A stretch of DNA of 64,000 bases, taken from Piromyces finnis finn (taxonomy: Eukaryota > Fungi > Neocallimastigomycota). The notes below the pieces were generated by a model. It did not search any database. It was not told where the DNA came from and saw only the letters and a program-made list of their open reading frames with translations. The stretch's first letter is position 1, and the number at the start of each line of letters is the position of its first letter. Below, piece after piece: positions 13,895-28,060 of this stretch. The stretch covers positions 1,116,001 through 1,180,000 of the forward strand of contig MCFH01000007.1 of assembly GCA_002104945.1 (NCBI GenBank), given 5' to 3'. A program made the translations under genes and the position numbers.

Positions 13895-14133
13895 ATAGAA
13901 ATAAAAAATAAAATTCACGTTAAAAAATAATTTTTAATTTATGATAGTTATAAAATATGATATATAATTAAAATTATAAATAAATAAAGATTTTTATTTT
14001 CGAAATTAAAACTTTTTTTGAATATGAAATTATTTATTAAGGACTTATTAATAAATAATTTAATTATTTTTTTTTTTTATTTAAGTAAAATCATTACTAC
14101 TTTATATGAGCTTAATGATGAGGCAGTATTTTC

Positions 14134-17100
14134 TTATATTTGCATTGAAGATGATAGTAACATTTGACTACCTTTCCATCTTAAATTCTGATATAAGCGT
14201 GAGATTAAATTTGCTACAGTAACTTTCGGTTTCCCTAATTCAATATTTTCTATTAAAGTTTCGAATTTTCCTACCCATTTAGATACTTGATCCTCATCAA
14301 AATGATTTTTACTATAAATAATACCACCTTTAATAGTATCATCATCCCATTCTACAATTATTAACTTAAATATAAAGGTGTTACTAAAATTGGAAGACCA
14401 AAGTTGTTTTATATTTGGACGGTATTTCATGTTTTCAGAATCTATATTTTCTGAATTATTATTATTAGATAAAGATGATGACGAAAAATCAATATCATCT
14501 TTTGTCCATCCTGAATTTCGACTTAATCCAAGAAAAATATCTTTAAGTTCAAGACCCATTTTTCTCCAAAGTGTACTTTCCTCTTTACTAATAAATTCAT
14601 ATTGCACTGGTAATTCTTGTGGTAAATCAGGAAAATTAAAAAGTTGAGTATATGAATAGTCACAATTAACTTTGCGAGACTTTTTAATGGAAAAGATAAG
14701 ATTAGCGAATAAATTATAAAATGTAATACCCTTTTGAGATAAATCAACTTTAATAGGTATAATATTGGAAAGTGGGCCAATTATGCAACCACATTCTCGA
14801 TAAATTCTTCTTTGAGATTGGTGAACACCTATTAAAAATTTTTCTATTCCAGAAATATGTCTAAGAAGAACACCATAGATTGCAAGACAAATAGCTTCAG
14901 TTGATGGCATATTATTATAAAAAGAATTTTCAGAGCCATAATAATTATCATCATCACTTAAATAGTCATAATCAGGTTCTACTAATGGTATATCACTTAA
15001 ATTTACTAACTCACGTTTTTCTCTTTCCATTTTTTTCATTAAGCATCTTTCAACTCTATATTCTTTATAATATTTATTCTTCCAATCATCGAAAAATGTT
15101 TGAAAATATTGATTTTGATCAGATTCTAGATGTAACGGCATAAAACTATAATGTAAATTATATTCTCCCCAATCATTTCTATCAACACTTTTCTGACGTA
15201 TTCCTTGAAGTTGCATTACAGGTATATGTGATATTTTGAGAGAAGGATGTAAAATCGAATTTATTTTTAATATTTCATTACATAGTTTTTCTATAGATTT
15301 TTCATATTTTTTATAATCTTTAATACAACGATCAAGTTCTCTTTGAGCTTTTGATAAATGTCTTTCTAGAGAAATTTTTACTTTTGAATGACCTTGTATA
15401 CATTCTCTTATTCTATTACGAACATATTCTACTAAGGCTGCTATTTTTCTTCTCTCGCTAGTATTTAATTGATATGTTTCTAAATCTTTATCTGATAAAG
15501 ATGCAAAATCTTCAATTTTCATTGTTGAAGATCTAATACGTTTTCTTACATGATCAGATACCTCATGTTTAATTAAGAAAGGTTCAATTGTACTAGTTGT
15601 TTCACTTCCTGATATCATTTTTAATATAACTTGCTTTGCCTCGTTCGATATTTCTAGTCTTTCTCCATTGATTGGATCGATAACAGTAGCTACTGATCCA
15701 TTTCCTTTTTCTAATTGAATTCTATCATTTGTTAATTTTTCTATTAAAACTTCATATTCTTTCTTTCTTTTTTCTAATTGACTATATTTTTCTTTCTTTT
15801 CTACCAAATCTTTTTTATTCTTTTTTAATTTTTCAATCATTTCTTCTTTCTCGTTTGGAAGTAGAATATCATTATTAACCTCTGTACACTGATTTTTCCA
15901 AAATGATTTTATTTTATCAATTGAGACTTTCATTTTATTGATATTCTCTTTTTGTTCTTGAGCAAAATCAATATAACAATAATTATCTTCTTTTGATTTA
16001 AATGATTCCAATGGATCAGAAATTTCACTATCATCATTATCTTCATCTCCAATAATTCTTATATGAAATTTACTATCTCTTTTTTCTTCTTGTAATGAAT
16101 ATAATGTTATAATTTCATTCATGATAGCATTTAATGATATTTCATCAGCCACCATTATTGATCCAATAATTGCAATTAATGTTCTTGGCCGTTCATCTTC
16201 ATTATCCATATTTATATATTGATCATCATATACTAATGGGATTTCTTCAATTGAACTTGTACTTTCTATATTTGTGGTATTATCTAATTTAATATCATTT
16301 TTACTAAACGAAACCCAATCCTTATCTATACCATATTGAAACATAAAAACTTTAAATTGGTTTTCAAATACTGGATTAGTATTTATCCAATTTTCAAGGA
16401 ATTGGTGAACAGAGGTTTCTGAAAGAGTTACTAACTTTGGATAATTTTGTTGTTTAACTTCTTCAAAATAAGAAAATTTTGTTTGATAATCTATAATATT
16501 TTTATAATTCCCCTTTAACTTATTATAATATGTTTCTTCATCAATAATAGCCTCAACATTTGCATCAATAATTTTATTATTTTGATAAAATCTTGTCTTT
16601 AAAACAGCGTATTTGTCACATATTTTATTAACTGCGCAATTCATAATATTTGGATCCAATGATTTATCAATTTGATAACACTGAATTGTATAATAATGTG
16701 AATTTCTTTTTCGTTTTGGTGTATCAACTGAATCAATACAATTAAATAAACCCAATTGATATGATGTTATAGGATAACTTACCATTGCTTGATTTTTATC
16801 TTCACTTAATATTGAAACAAAAGAATTTGTTAAACTTTTGTTTGAAGATAAAATATTTTGATTTATTTTTAAATTAGAAAAACTTGAATGACTAGATGAA
16901 TTAAATAGATGGTAATTTATATTATCATTAGTAATTTCTGTATTCTTATTACTAAATAAGTCATTTACATCATTTTTACTACAGGAACTGTCATTTTTAA
17001 TATTCTTAACAGAAAATTTTGTTTTGTCAATAGATTCAAAATTTGATATACTTTTTGAATTTGATTTTCTTTTGAAAGATGAATGTGATTTGTTTATTGA

Positions 17101-18137
17101 ATTCATGTTTGACTTTTTCTTTTTTAATTTTTCTTTCATTTTACTATTATTATGTACAATTGAAATATTAGAATTATTAGTAGATGACTTTTTCGATTCT
17201 GTTTTTTTATTTTTTTCAATGGTACCACTTTCAGATTTATTTAATTTATGTAAAGATAAATTTCTTGATTTTGTTTTATTTATTTCAAATGAGGAATTTT
17301 TCTTTCTTCTAACTTCCGAATAGCTCTTGCTATTAATAGAATTGTTAATTAAAGATATGTTTCTACTTGTCATATTATTATTTGTAATATTATTATATTA
17401 TATAATATTAATTTTTTTATAATGACTTGATTTAAATTTAATTACAATGTATATATAGTCTTATGAATTTTAAATTATTACTAATAATTATTATTATTAT
17501 TATTATTGTTGTTGTTATTGTTATTATTATTATTATATACCTTTGAGATGATTGTACTATTTTATGATCAATTGGAGGAATAGTCTTCTTGATTATATAT
17601 AATGTATAAAATTTATTTAGTACAATTAATAATTTTATAATATACTATAATGTACATCTTATTTAAAATTATTACTCTTGAAGTTCTTAATTTATCTTGC
17701 ATAATCAAATTATCTGTCACATCATTAACCAAATTTTCCCATTGTGGTATTATTTTTTTTTCTCTCATATTTGATTTAGTATGTGAATTTATATTTATAT
17801 CTTCTTTACTAAAAGAATTTGTATTATCAATTAAATCTATAATACTTTCATTTTTCAATGATTTTTTTTTAATATTTTTAATTCCATCTTTTGTTTTGGA
17901 TTGCTCTATTATTTTATTATTTAATAATAAATTTGATTTCAAGATTGGTTTACTAACTTTTATTTTATCATACACTTCATTTGATAATGATTTTTTTACA
18001 TTTAAATTCGAAGTCAAGCTAGGCTTTTTCGATAACTCTGGTAAATGAGTTACTGGCTCATTGTCAGAATTAGGTAATGTGGTATCATGATTAATAGTTT
18101 TAACAGATTGGTGTGATCTTATTTTTTTACTCTCCAT
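14134..18137 (-). CDS. Stand-alone NRPS condensation-domain-like protein (degenerate active site) with low-complexity basic/Ser-rich N-terminus and internal coiled-coil + SAM-like insertion
   Basis: The 1079-aa ORF contains C-domain core motifs in order: ITSYQLGLF (C1), KYAVLKTRF (C2), SIMVADEIS (C3, HHxxxDG degenerate), YIDFAQEQ (C4), IIGPLSNIIPIKVD (C5), NCDYSYTQL (C6). Upstream ORF 17613-18137 joins in frame through a small exon at ~17540-17590 (KTIPPIDHKIVQSSQ) with phase-compatible GT-AG sites. Confidence 0.72.
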
Positions 18138-19909
18138 AATTTTATAATAGAAATATATTTATACTAGTCATACAAAAAAACATCAGGATAATAATAAATT
18201 CATGGATTTCTATATTGCTATATTTAAATATATATAATTGCAATAATAAAAACTAATGATTAAAAAAAAATAATATAATAAAAATTTTATTTGTTAAATA
18301 TATAAAAATAATAATTTTACAATATATATATTAATATCTCAAATTTCTTAATAAATACCATAAAAAAAAAAGTATATTAACTTAGATTTTTAAACTCTAA
18401 ATACCTTCTAAATTCATTTTAAATTTAATATATTTTAATTTTATTATTTTCATATAATTTTAAATGGAATAAAAAATGTTCTATTATTTTATTATTTATA
18501 TATATAATTAAAATTTATTTCAATCACAAAATAAATATAGTTTTGTTATTATATTTATATAAAGCACTAATTTCATTCAACTATTTATAATATTTCATTA
18601 TAAATGTATAAATACTTCCAAAATCATTTACTATATTATCATACATGAAATTATAAAAAACAAGAGAAAAAATTAATAAAATAATTTACTTTTTGTTTTA
18701 TTTTATAATCATTAGATAATACATATTAATATCCATTTACTATATCATCATACATGAATTTATAAATATAATAATTACTGTTAAATTGAAATTGTTATTT
18801 GAAGTGTTGTTAATTAATGTATCACTAATAATGGATAATGGTACAAATACTTTATTAAAATATAAATGATAAAACCTACATATATTACATATATACAAGT
18901 ATATTCACATATAAATTATGATTTAACCTAGCGTGGTTTGAGTTATCATAGACTAAATTGACAATAGTATATAATTTACATATCTGAGATATTCTCGACT
19001 TATTACAGTATTACAGTATAAGACAAAAGATATTCTTAAAAAGTTAATATATCTAATGATAACAACAATCCATCATATGTCTCTATTTATCAACATTCAG
19101 AAAAATGCTGTAAAATCGTCATAATTAATTAACGTTAATGATGATGAAATTTCAACATATATTGGCCTAATGGTTAATTAATATTTTTAATAACATTTCA
19201 TATAATAAAAGCATTATACAATTCATAAAATATCTTTTTATTTAATTTTTGATAATAACCCCTTAATATTCATATCAGTTCAAAGTCTTTCAAGTACATT
19301 ATATGATGTAGTTTTATCATTTGCACTTACTTCATGAACCACATCTTATAAATTTTTTTTATAAGATTTTTTCATTGAGGTAGAACAATAATCATACTCA
19401 AATCAGGAAATATACTTTATTTTACACTAGTAACTTAATAACTTACTAACTCTTAACAATAACATAAGTATTAATTATAAATCCTAATCAAAGTTATATC
19501 TAATAATCATTTGTATAATTTATTTATTTATTTATTTATTTATTTATTGTTTATTTATTGTTTATTTATTTATTTATTTATTTTGTGTGTATATCTTTTT
19601 TTTTTTTTTTTTTTAATATATATAAATTAATCTATACGCATTATTTGCATTATAATATATTTTCTAATCAGCTATATTAATATAATTGATTATCCTATGA
19701 TCTTTATATATTTTTTTTTTTCCTTTCTTGATACTATTATTTTGTTCTTATTTTTAAGTCCTTAATTATTGAACTTCATTTATATTATTAATATACATTA
19801 AATAATTTTATGACTTTAAAATTTTAAAGATTTATTATATAGAACTCAGTTTTTTGTTTTTGTTTTTGTTTTTTTTTTCTAATTTCGTTAATTTATTTTA
19901 ATTCATACT

Positions 19910-22277
19910 TTATTGTTTAGATTCTGGAGTAGTGGCTGGTTGTTCCTTTGGAACAAAAGTCCATTCCATTGGCTTACTGAAGTCCATAAATTGTTCAACA
20001 ATTTCATCAGTAACTTCATTTCTTCTCTATTTATCATTATTGGGAAAATATTTAATTTTATTAAATATAAATTAATATTTCAAAAAAGTAATATATAATA
20101 TATATAATTTTTTATATATATTTTATTTAATTATAATGCTTTTTATTTACCTTTTGAATGCTAGTGATAAGTTCACTAACAACATCAGCACAAATAGCTT
20201 TAACTTCACCAGTCATTAATTTACCACTTCTGTAATCATCTTCAATTTGCTTTAACTTAGCATCATCTTCTAAGAAGAATCTGAGATATTGGCAAGCAAC
20301 ATCAACTTCTGGATCAGCACCTAACTTAGCTTGTAATTCAGCAGTAGCTTGACCACCAGAGAAAGCGTATCTATTGATCTTCTTCTTGATTTGCTTTGGT
20401 GTATCAGTTAAAAGAATAGCAGAATTTTCAATAGAAGAAGACATCTTAGATCCTGGTCCCTTTTATTTTAATGTTTATTTGTATTGATTTTCAAAAAGTA
20501 ATTTTAAAGTTATTTTAGTATTTTATTTGAAAGAATTATTTTTTAGAAAACATCGTTTTTTATAATAATGATTTTTATTGATATTAATATATGTTTAGAA
20601 TATTACTTGTAAAGCTGGGAAGAACTTTGAGTAAATAGTGCATGGCTTTGGATACTTTAATTTCTTTGCAACATCACGAGTTAATCTAAAGTATGGATCC
20701 TATCAATAATTAAAATAATTATATTAATAATAACAGAACAATAGAATAATTGTTAAAAAAAAAAAAAAAAGGTATAGCAATAATATATATATTAAATATA
20801 TATAATAATAATATTTAAAATATTTATTGCTTTAATCATATATAAATAAAAAAATACTTGATCAATAGCAGCTGGAATTAAACATGGAATATCATGTCTA
20901 GTACCAAATATATGTGGGAAACTGTTACTGAAAGCTGGAGCAGCTTCAATAGATGCAAAATGAACTCTACCGATACAATCACTATCAGTGAAACCGAAAG
21001 TAGCTCTTGCAGCAGATGTTGTAATACACTTAGAAATCTTATTAATATTTCTATAGAAAGCACCACTATATTATTTTTATTTCAAAATATTTTCAAAATT
21101 ATAAATTATTAAAAAAAAAAAATTCAATATACTCGATTATATGTCAAATTTAAATATCTATATGTTTCATATTTTAAATATATTTTACCCCATGTATTCA
21201 TAATCAGAGAAGATAAAGGTTTTCTTTGGATCAAAACCAACAGAAATAATATCCTTAGCATTTTGCTTACCCATATTAAGACAATCTTCTTGCTTCAATT
21301 TTTCTTTGAATAAGAATTTTTCATCATCAGTTAATTGAATAACAAGTGGACAGTCAAAAACATCTTGTAACCATCTAATAGTTTAATATATATTTTTTAA
21401 TTAAGTTAAAATGTTTTATTTTTATTAACTTTTTAATATTTTACTTACTTGCAGAAAATGAATGGAATTAAGTGACCAGTGTGCATACTGTCAGCACTTG
21501 GACCACGACCAGTATATAAATAAAATGGTTTTCCCTTTTCATAACGGTCTAAAATAACATGTAATTCTCTTTATCAATAAAAACGATAATAATAATAAAA
21601 GATTTTAAATATGAAAATATTAATAAAATTAAATAAGAAGTTTTTTTAAAAAATAATATATTTTCATTTTTAAAATAAATTTTTTTATATACCTGTGGCA
21701 GAAGAAAATACCTCTCTTTAAGAAATGGTGTGGTTCTTTACCAGTAACCTTTCTGAAACGTTCTAAAAGTTCATTATCAATTGGTCTTGTACCAAATTGT
21801 TCAATAAGTTTGTTGTAATCGATAGCGGCACTAGTACCATCAGCATTCTTAGCACCTTGAACTTCCCATGGGGTAATTTTTTGTTCTTCTACAATTTTTT
21901 TAGATTCACTATTTTAAACACAAAATATAAAAAGAATTATATTAATTGAAACATAAAGGTATACTATTAATCAAATATTTTTAAAAAAAAATAAAACAAA
22001 AGTAAATATATTTATGTTTTTGTTTGTTTTATTTCTTCCATTTTAAATATTTATATATGCAGTAATCATATTTTTTTATTATTTATTTATTATTTTTTCT
22101 ATTATTATTACTATTATTATTATTGATTTTATAATTATACTTTAATTTAATAACAATATAATTAAAAAAAAATATTTTGTATATATAAAACTATTATTTA
22201 CATAATATTTAATATACCAAATCAAATATATATATATTTAATTTTAAGATTTTTCACTACTATTTAAATCTAATTAA

Positions 22278-22309
<32 letters not shown>

Positions 22310-22375
22310 CTTCATATAATTTACAATTAACAATTTTTATAAAAATAAATATACTATTTACTTAGTTTCAGCCAT
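19910..22375 (-). CDS. WRS1: Cytosolic tryptophanyl-tRNA synthetase (multi-exon)
   Basis: Spliced translation gives [41 protein letters not shown] (HIGH-type motif), [20 protein letters not shown]|[20 protein letters not shown] (KMSKS-type motif) and [13 protein letters not shown] at 22375 (MAET-intron); stop at 19910-19912. Confidence 0.97.
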
Positions 22376-23791
22376 TTTGACTCTATTATTTTTATTATTA
22401 TTTAATAACTAAAAAGAAAATACGATATTATATATTTTAAAATAATATTTCCTTCTTTTTAAAAGTTATTTTTATAAAATTTTGAAGAAAAAAAAAAAAA
22501 TAAAAAAATTTTATATAAAGATTTTAATTAATCAGAATATATATTATAATATATTTGATTTTATTTGTATAATAGTAATAAAAAAATCATTATATGGAAA
22601 ATTAAAATATATTTTTAATTTTTCATATAATGATTTGTAAGTAAATATTAATAAATGAAAATAAGTAAAATTGTATTATTATCCATATTTTTTACCAATA
22701 CTAACATCAAGTATAAATAACTATGTGATGTTTAAATATTTATTTCAATATTTATTCAATATTGTTATTAAATAATAATAAGGAATTTTAATAATAAAAA
22801 ATAAATATATAATGTCTTCGATTATTAATAAATATTTTATCAAAATATTACTTTACATTTACTAATATATAATAATATGATTGGTTAGTTTTAAAGATCA
22901 AATATATTATTGTGTAAAAAAATATACTAGTTTTAATTTTTAAAAAGCTTATTTAAAGTAAAAATAATTATGCTAATATGTAGTATGTTATTGAAAAAAA
23001 ATAAAGGAAAAAAGTATTTTTAAATATTAATTGTATATTATATTATAGTGAAGTGTAAAGATTATATTATATAAAGATTGAATGATTGAATTTTCAAACA
23101 AAAAATTAAAAAAAACAAGATATATATACTAATAATTAAAGATCATTACCAAAATTGTTTATATTATTTAAAAAATGATTTATTTCAACAATTTTTTTAT
23201 AAGTTATTAAAAGTTCTTATTAAAAAAATTATCATAAAAAATGGTTAATTTGATTGCTAATTAATTATATTTTATATAACAATTGTACTTTTAATCCTTC
23301 TTTTTATTTTCTTTTTCCTTTTTGTTCTATTTTTTTTTATTAATATTATTAATATTTATTATTTGTATTTTTAATTTTTAAAGAATTTAACATAACCCAA
23401 ATTCATTTAACTTAACCCTTATAATATAAATTTAAAAATTAAATTTACCTACCAAATAATTTTTTTTTATTTAAATAACATTGAAAATTATTTCCATGTA
23501 TATAATAGTATTTGTTTTTAATATTTTTATTTATTTCAGTTATATTTTTTCTTTTATATTTAATCATTTAAGTGTATTGATTATTTACATATAAAATATA
23601 GAAGACTTGAAAATTACAAATTATAGAAATTAATATTTTTTATTTCTGATATATTAATTAATAAATTTCAAATTTTTTAATTAAAGCTTATTTCTTATTT
23701 TTTCCTATTATTTGATTACTATTAAAGTCGTTCTTGCTTTAATTACTTTATTCATATTTATCTTCTTTTATTTCAGAAATATAATAATTTA

Positions 23792-26096
23792 TCAAACATT
23801 TCCATTTTTATTATTTTTTTCTTTCAAATTATTCTCATTATCATTATCCTTCTTTTCATGTTCATTATTTTTATTTTGTTCGGTTTCTTTCATATCTTTT
23901 AAATTTTTATTATTTTCTTCTTTTTCTTCATTTTCTTTTGTTTCATTCTGGGCTATTAATTTAATATTTTCCTCTCTAATTATATCTTCTTGGTCAGTTT
24001 TATTAGTTTTAGTATTAGTATTTGTATTTTCATTTTTATTATTATTTTCTATTATGTCATTAGCTTCTTCATTATTATTATCATTATCACTATTATATTC
24101 TAGTTTTTTATATAATGTCATTTCATTTTCATTATTACTTGCTTTAAAGGCTATTTTATTGCTTACAATATTTCTGATATTATCATTATCATCATCACCA
24201 TCCTTATTATTGTTGTTTTTTCCATTTTCTTCTTGTTTTGAACTGCTATTATTTAGATCATCCGTTTTTTTATTGTATGAATCGACAGAAGAATTATTAT
24301 ATTTTGTGGTGTCTTTAATAATATATTCTTTATTAGTCTGAATGTCTTTTAATTCCTTTTCTTTTTGAATTAATTTTTGCTTATATTGGTTAATGATTTT
24401 TTGTTGATTTAAATATCTTATATAAAGACGTTCCACTGTACTATCAGCTGCTTGAAGTTTTTTATTAAGATAATCAATATGTGATTCTAATGGCTCTTTT
24501 ATTAATATATCTAATATATATTTTTCATTTGTTTGGGTTTGATTATCCTGTTTTAAGAATAGTATAAAAAAAAAAAAATAAAAATATAAAAAAATTGATA
24601 TAAATAATTTTCTTTTATAAAAAGAATAATTAATCTATTTTCTTAATCAAAATTATTTACTTTGTAAGTAATCAAATTTTCAACTTGAATGTATTTATTT
24701 TCTAAAACAGGTTGAAGATCTTCTGTTGAAGTTTGTATTTCCTGATATTCTTTTGGTGGAGGTATCTATATATATATATATATATATTAATTTTAATATA
24801 GTATAAATATATATTCTCTTAACTTTTTTTTTTTTTTTTTACTTAATTATTTTATTTACTTGTTTTATAATTTCATTTGCTTCATCAAGTTTTTTTTGTA
24901 GTATATCATTTTTTTCAATTGTAATATTATTATTTTCTATTAATTTATCCACTTCGCCTATATTTAATATAAATATTAATATGCATTTTATTAATTACAT
25001 ATGATAGCAATGAAACTAATTATATATCTTAAAGGTTAATTACTTAATGTGGATGTATATAGGCCTGAAAGCTATATTAAACATAAACAAACATACATAT
25101 AAACAACAACAACAATAATAATAATAAACAATAATTAAATATTAGCTATATTTTTTTTATCAAAATATTTATTATTTTATATAAATATATAAATATTAAA
25201 AATTTAAGTAACCAAATCATACTTTTTGACTTGAAAAATCTGTATTTATAGGTTCTACCATTAGTAATGCTTATAGTATTTATGTATTTTAAAGTTAGCA
25301 TTATAAATGTATATATGTATAAAATAATAATAAAATTTACCATATTTTGCTATGTTTTTTTGTACTTCGATAATTTCTGAATAAGAGTTTCTCATTTCAT
25401 ATAGATCTGTAATAATAATAATATTTTAGTAAAAACTTTATATTTTATGATAAAATTAGTATGTTATTATATAATTGATTACCATATAATTCTTTAAACC
25501 ATGATGATAATACAATTACTGACATTGATTTTATTCTCCATTTTGAATTATTTTTGTAATTATCTTCATATTCCATAGTATCAATTACTATAATATATAT
25601 AATAAATAATTGAAATATTAGACATATTTATACTTTTTAATTAATAGGTAGTAAGTTTTACATATATCAAGAAATTCTTTCATAGAATTGCATATTTTTT
25701 CAAACTCTATTTTAGGAAAATCTAAAACTCTATTGATAAATATAATACAAGAATAGTTAATTTTAGATTTTGATATATTCATTAAGTGAAATTAAAGAGC
25801 ATATAAATCTAATATATTATTATATATACTTTTCATTTATAAATTGACATGTTTTGGTATATATAATAGATAAAGTATTAAATTGGTAAAAGTTTGCTTT
25901 TGTGAAGTTTTCTTGCTATGTGATTAATACATTTAATTCAATATAAAAATATTAATAGTTGAAATAAAATGTAAACTAGAATATCAATACGAGTATATGA
26001 ATGGAATGAAATCTTTTTTTTTTTTTAATTACTTGTTGATTAATACTGATAGTTTTGTCAAATTCTTGGTACTCTAAATAAATTGTGGGGTTTTCC

Positions 26097-26138
<42 letters not shown>

Positions 26139-27723
26139 GAAAAAAGAAAGATAAAATCAATATTTATTTATAATTTAATATTCATTATTTTATTTTTGAC
26201 ATTTACTTTCTCTAAATTTATTTCATTACATATTTTTGAATATAAGTTATTAAGCAATATTAAAAGCTTTGACTAGCATGGTGTTATTTATATTTATATT
26301 TATTATATTATTATTATTAATATTATTACTTTTATATATATTAAGTTATATATTCTATAATTACAAGATATTTTTGAGTTTCTTTATGAAATATTTTAAA
26401 TGACCTTTTTTTTTTTTAATGTTTTAAAATAAGTTTTAAAATATTATTAAGATATTTTTCATTTTTTTTTATTTATTCTTTATAATTTGTTTAGTTTTTG
26501 ATTTATATATCTATTGTTAATAATTTTATATTAAATTTATACCAATTTTCTTTTTTTTCTTTCGATAGCAATTTTTGTATCATAATATTATGAGCTAAAT
26601 TCATTATTAAATTAGATTTCATAATTTTATATTCTGAAATTTTTTCAAAATCTTCATCTCTATATACATTATATATAATAAAATAAATAAAAAAGTTTTT
26701 ATTAAATCATTATAATTTTATTATAACAAGACTAGAATATTAAATATAATTAATTACGTTTTAAGTTTATCATTTGTTTTATTTTGTTCGTCTATTAATT
26801 GTTCGATTTGGAGTTGTTCAAAACTAACAGATTCTTTCAAAGTATTATTTTGTTTAAGTATAGCAATTAATTTACTCTGAAGCATATCCTTTTCTTGTTT
26901 TAAATTCTGACAAGTATCATATAATTCAGCTATTTGATATATATATATAAAAAATTTTATTTCGGAATTATAAGATTTATATTTAAACATTAATATAATA
27001 CTTTTAATAATTTATAGTTTTTAAGTATATATTTTAGAAATTCTAATTATATAATCTTACCATTTTCAAGAACTTTTCTTTCCAATTCTTGTGACATTAC
27101 TTCAATAGCTTCATATTGTGAATTTTTACTTTTTTTATTATTATTTTTTGTATCATTCTTTTATTTGACAATATATATTATAAATTGATTTATGTAAATT
27201 ATATAGTATTTATATATTACTTTTCTAAATAATAAAAAAAAGAAATTATACTTGTAAGATTTCAATTCTTTTTGAAAGTCTTTGATTATGTGAAAATAAA
27301 AGTTCATTTTGTTGCTCAGTCTTTTGTCATTATCATTATTATTATTATTTTTTTTTTAATTTTTAATTTGTTAGAAGTAATGAAAAATAAAAAATTTAAG
27401 GGATTGTTAAAATATAATAGTTTTTTCTTTCTTTCTTTTTTTTATTTAAACTTTATTATTTATATTAATACTTTTTTTGCTTCAAGAGATAACAATTTAT
27501 TTTCATTTTTTAATTGTGTTGCTAAAGCTTGCTCCTATTTATTTTGAGAAACAATTATTTATGAGTTATTTTCTCCTCTTTCATATAGTATAAAATATAA
27601 TGCCAAAATTTATATAATGATTTTTACTTCAAGTAATGCATTCTTGACAATTGTCAATTGAGCTTTTGTTTTTGTATATTCATTTATTAGTTTTTGATAT
27701 TTTTGAGCATGTTGGGATTCCAT
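23792..27723 (-). CDS. PPP1R21: PPP1R21/KLRAQ-domain coiled-coil protein (FERRY subunit Fy-2-like), multi-exon, with Asn/Glu-rich C-terminal tail
   Basis: Spliced N-terminus MESQHAQKYQKLINEYTKTKAQLTIVKNALLE|EQALATQLK...|TEQQNELLFSHNQRLSKRIEILQ|...SQELERKVLEN parallels the PPP1R21 N-terminus as recalled (KYQKLAQEYSKLRAQ...SLTFRNLQLAKRVELLQ...DLQKKIEENE). A later exon reads NFYQFNTLSI. The middle exons are not fully resolved. Confidence 0.68.
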
Positions 27724-28029
27724 ATTATTACTACTTTTTTTTTTTTTTTGAAATGTATTAATAATTGCTCATATATTTTATATTTTTTGTTTGTTTGTTT
27801 TGTTTATTCTTATTTTATTTTTATTTTTTTAATTCTTAATACTTTTTTCTAATATTAACATTATAATTTTGAAATGAAATGTGTAGTTTTTTTAAAAAAA
27901 TATAAAATGTAAAGCTTAATTAGCTAACTAAAACATTTTATTAAATAATTTAATTAAAAAATGAATAATTCGTTTAAATATTTAAAAATATATTTTATTA
28001 TTTATTAAAGTTTTAATCAAAGTTAAAAA

Positions 28030-28060
<31 letters not shown>

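Noticed and set aside
14378-18048. Plus-strand ORFs 14378, 14901, 17024 and 17650, and minus ORF 14523
   Set aside because: Antisense or alternative-frame shadows of the real minus-strand CDS.
14134-22375. Condensation-domain gene next to TrpRS as a tRNA-dependent peptide biosynthetic cluster
   Set aside because: TrpRS looks like the ordinary intron-rich housekeeping enzyme, the C-domain lacks its catalytic His, and no carrier protein or tailoring gene is nearby. Adjacency is probably coincidental.
23712-24341. 209-aa hydrophobic plus-strand ORF resembling a membrane protein
   Set aside because: Antisense shadow of the Asn/Glu/Lys-rich last exon of the PPP1R21-like gene.
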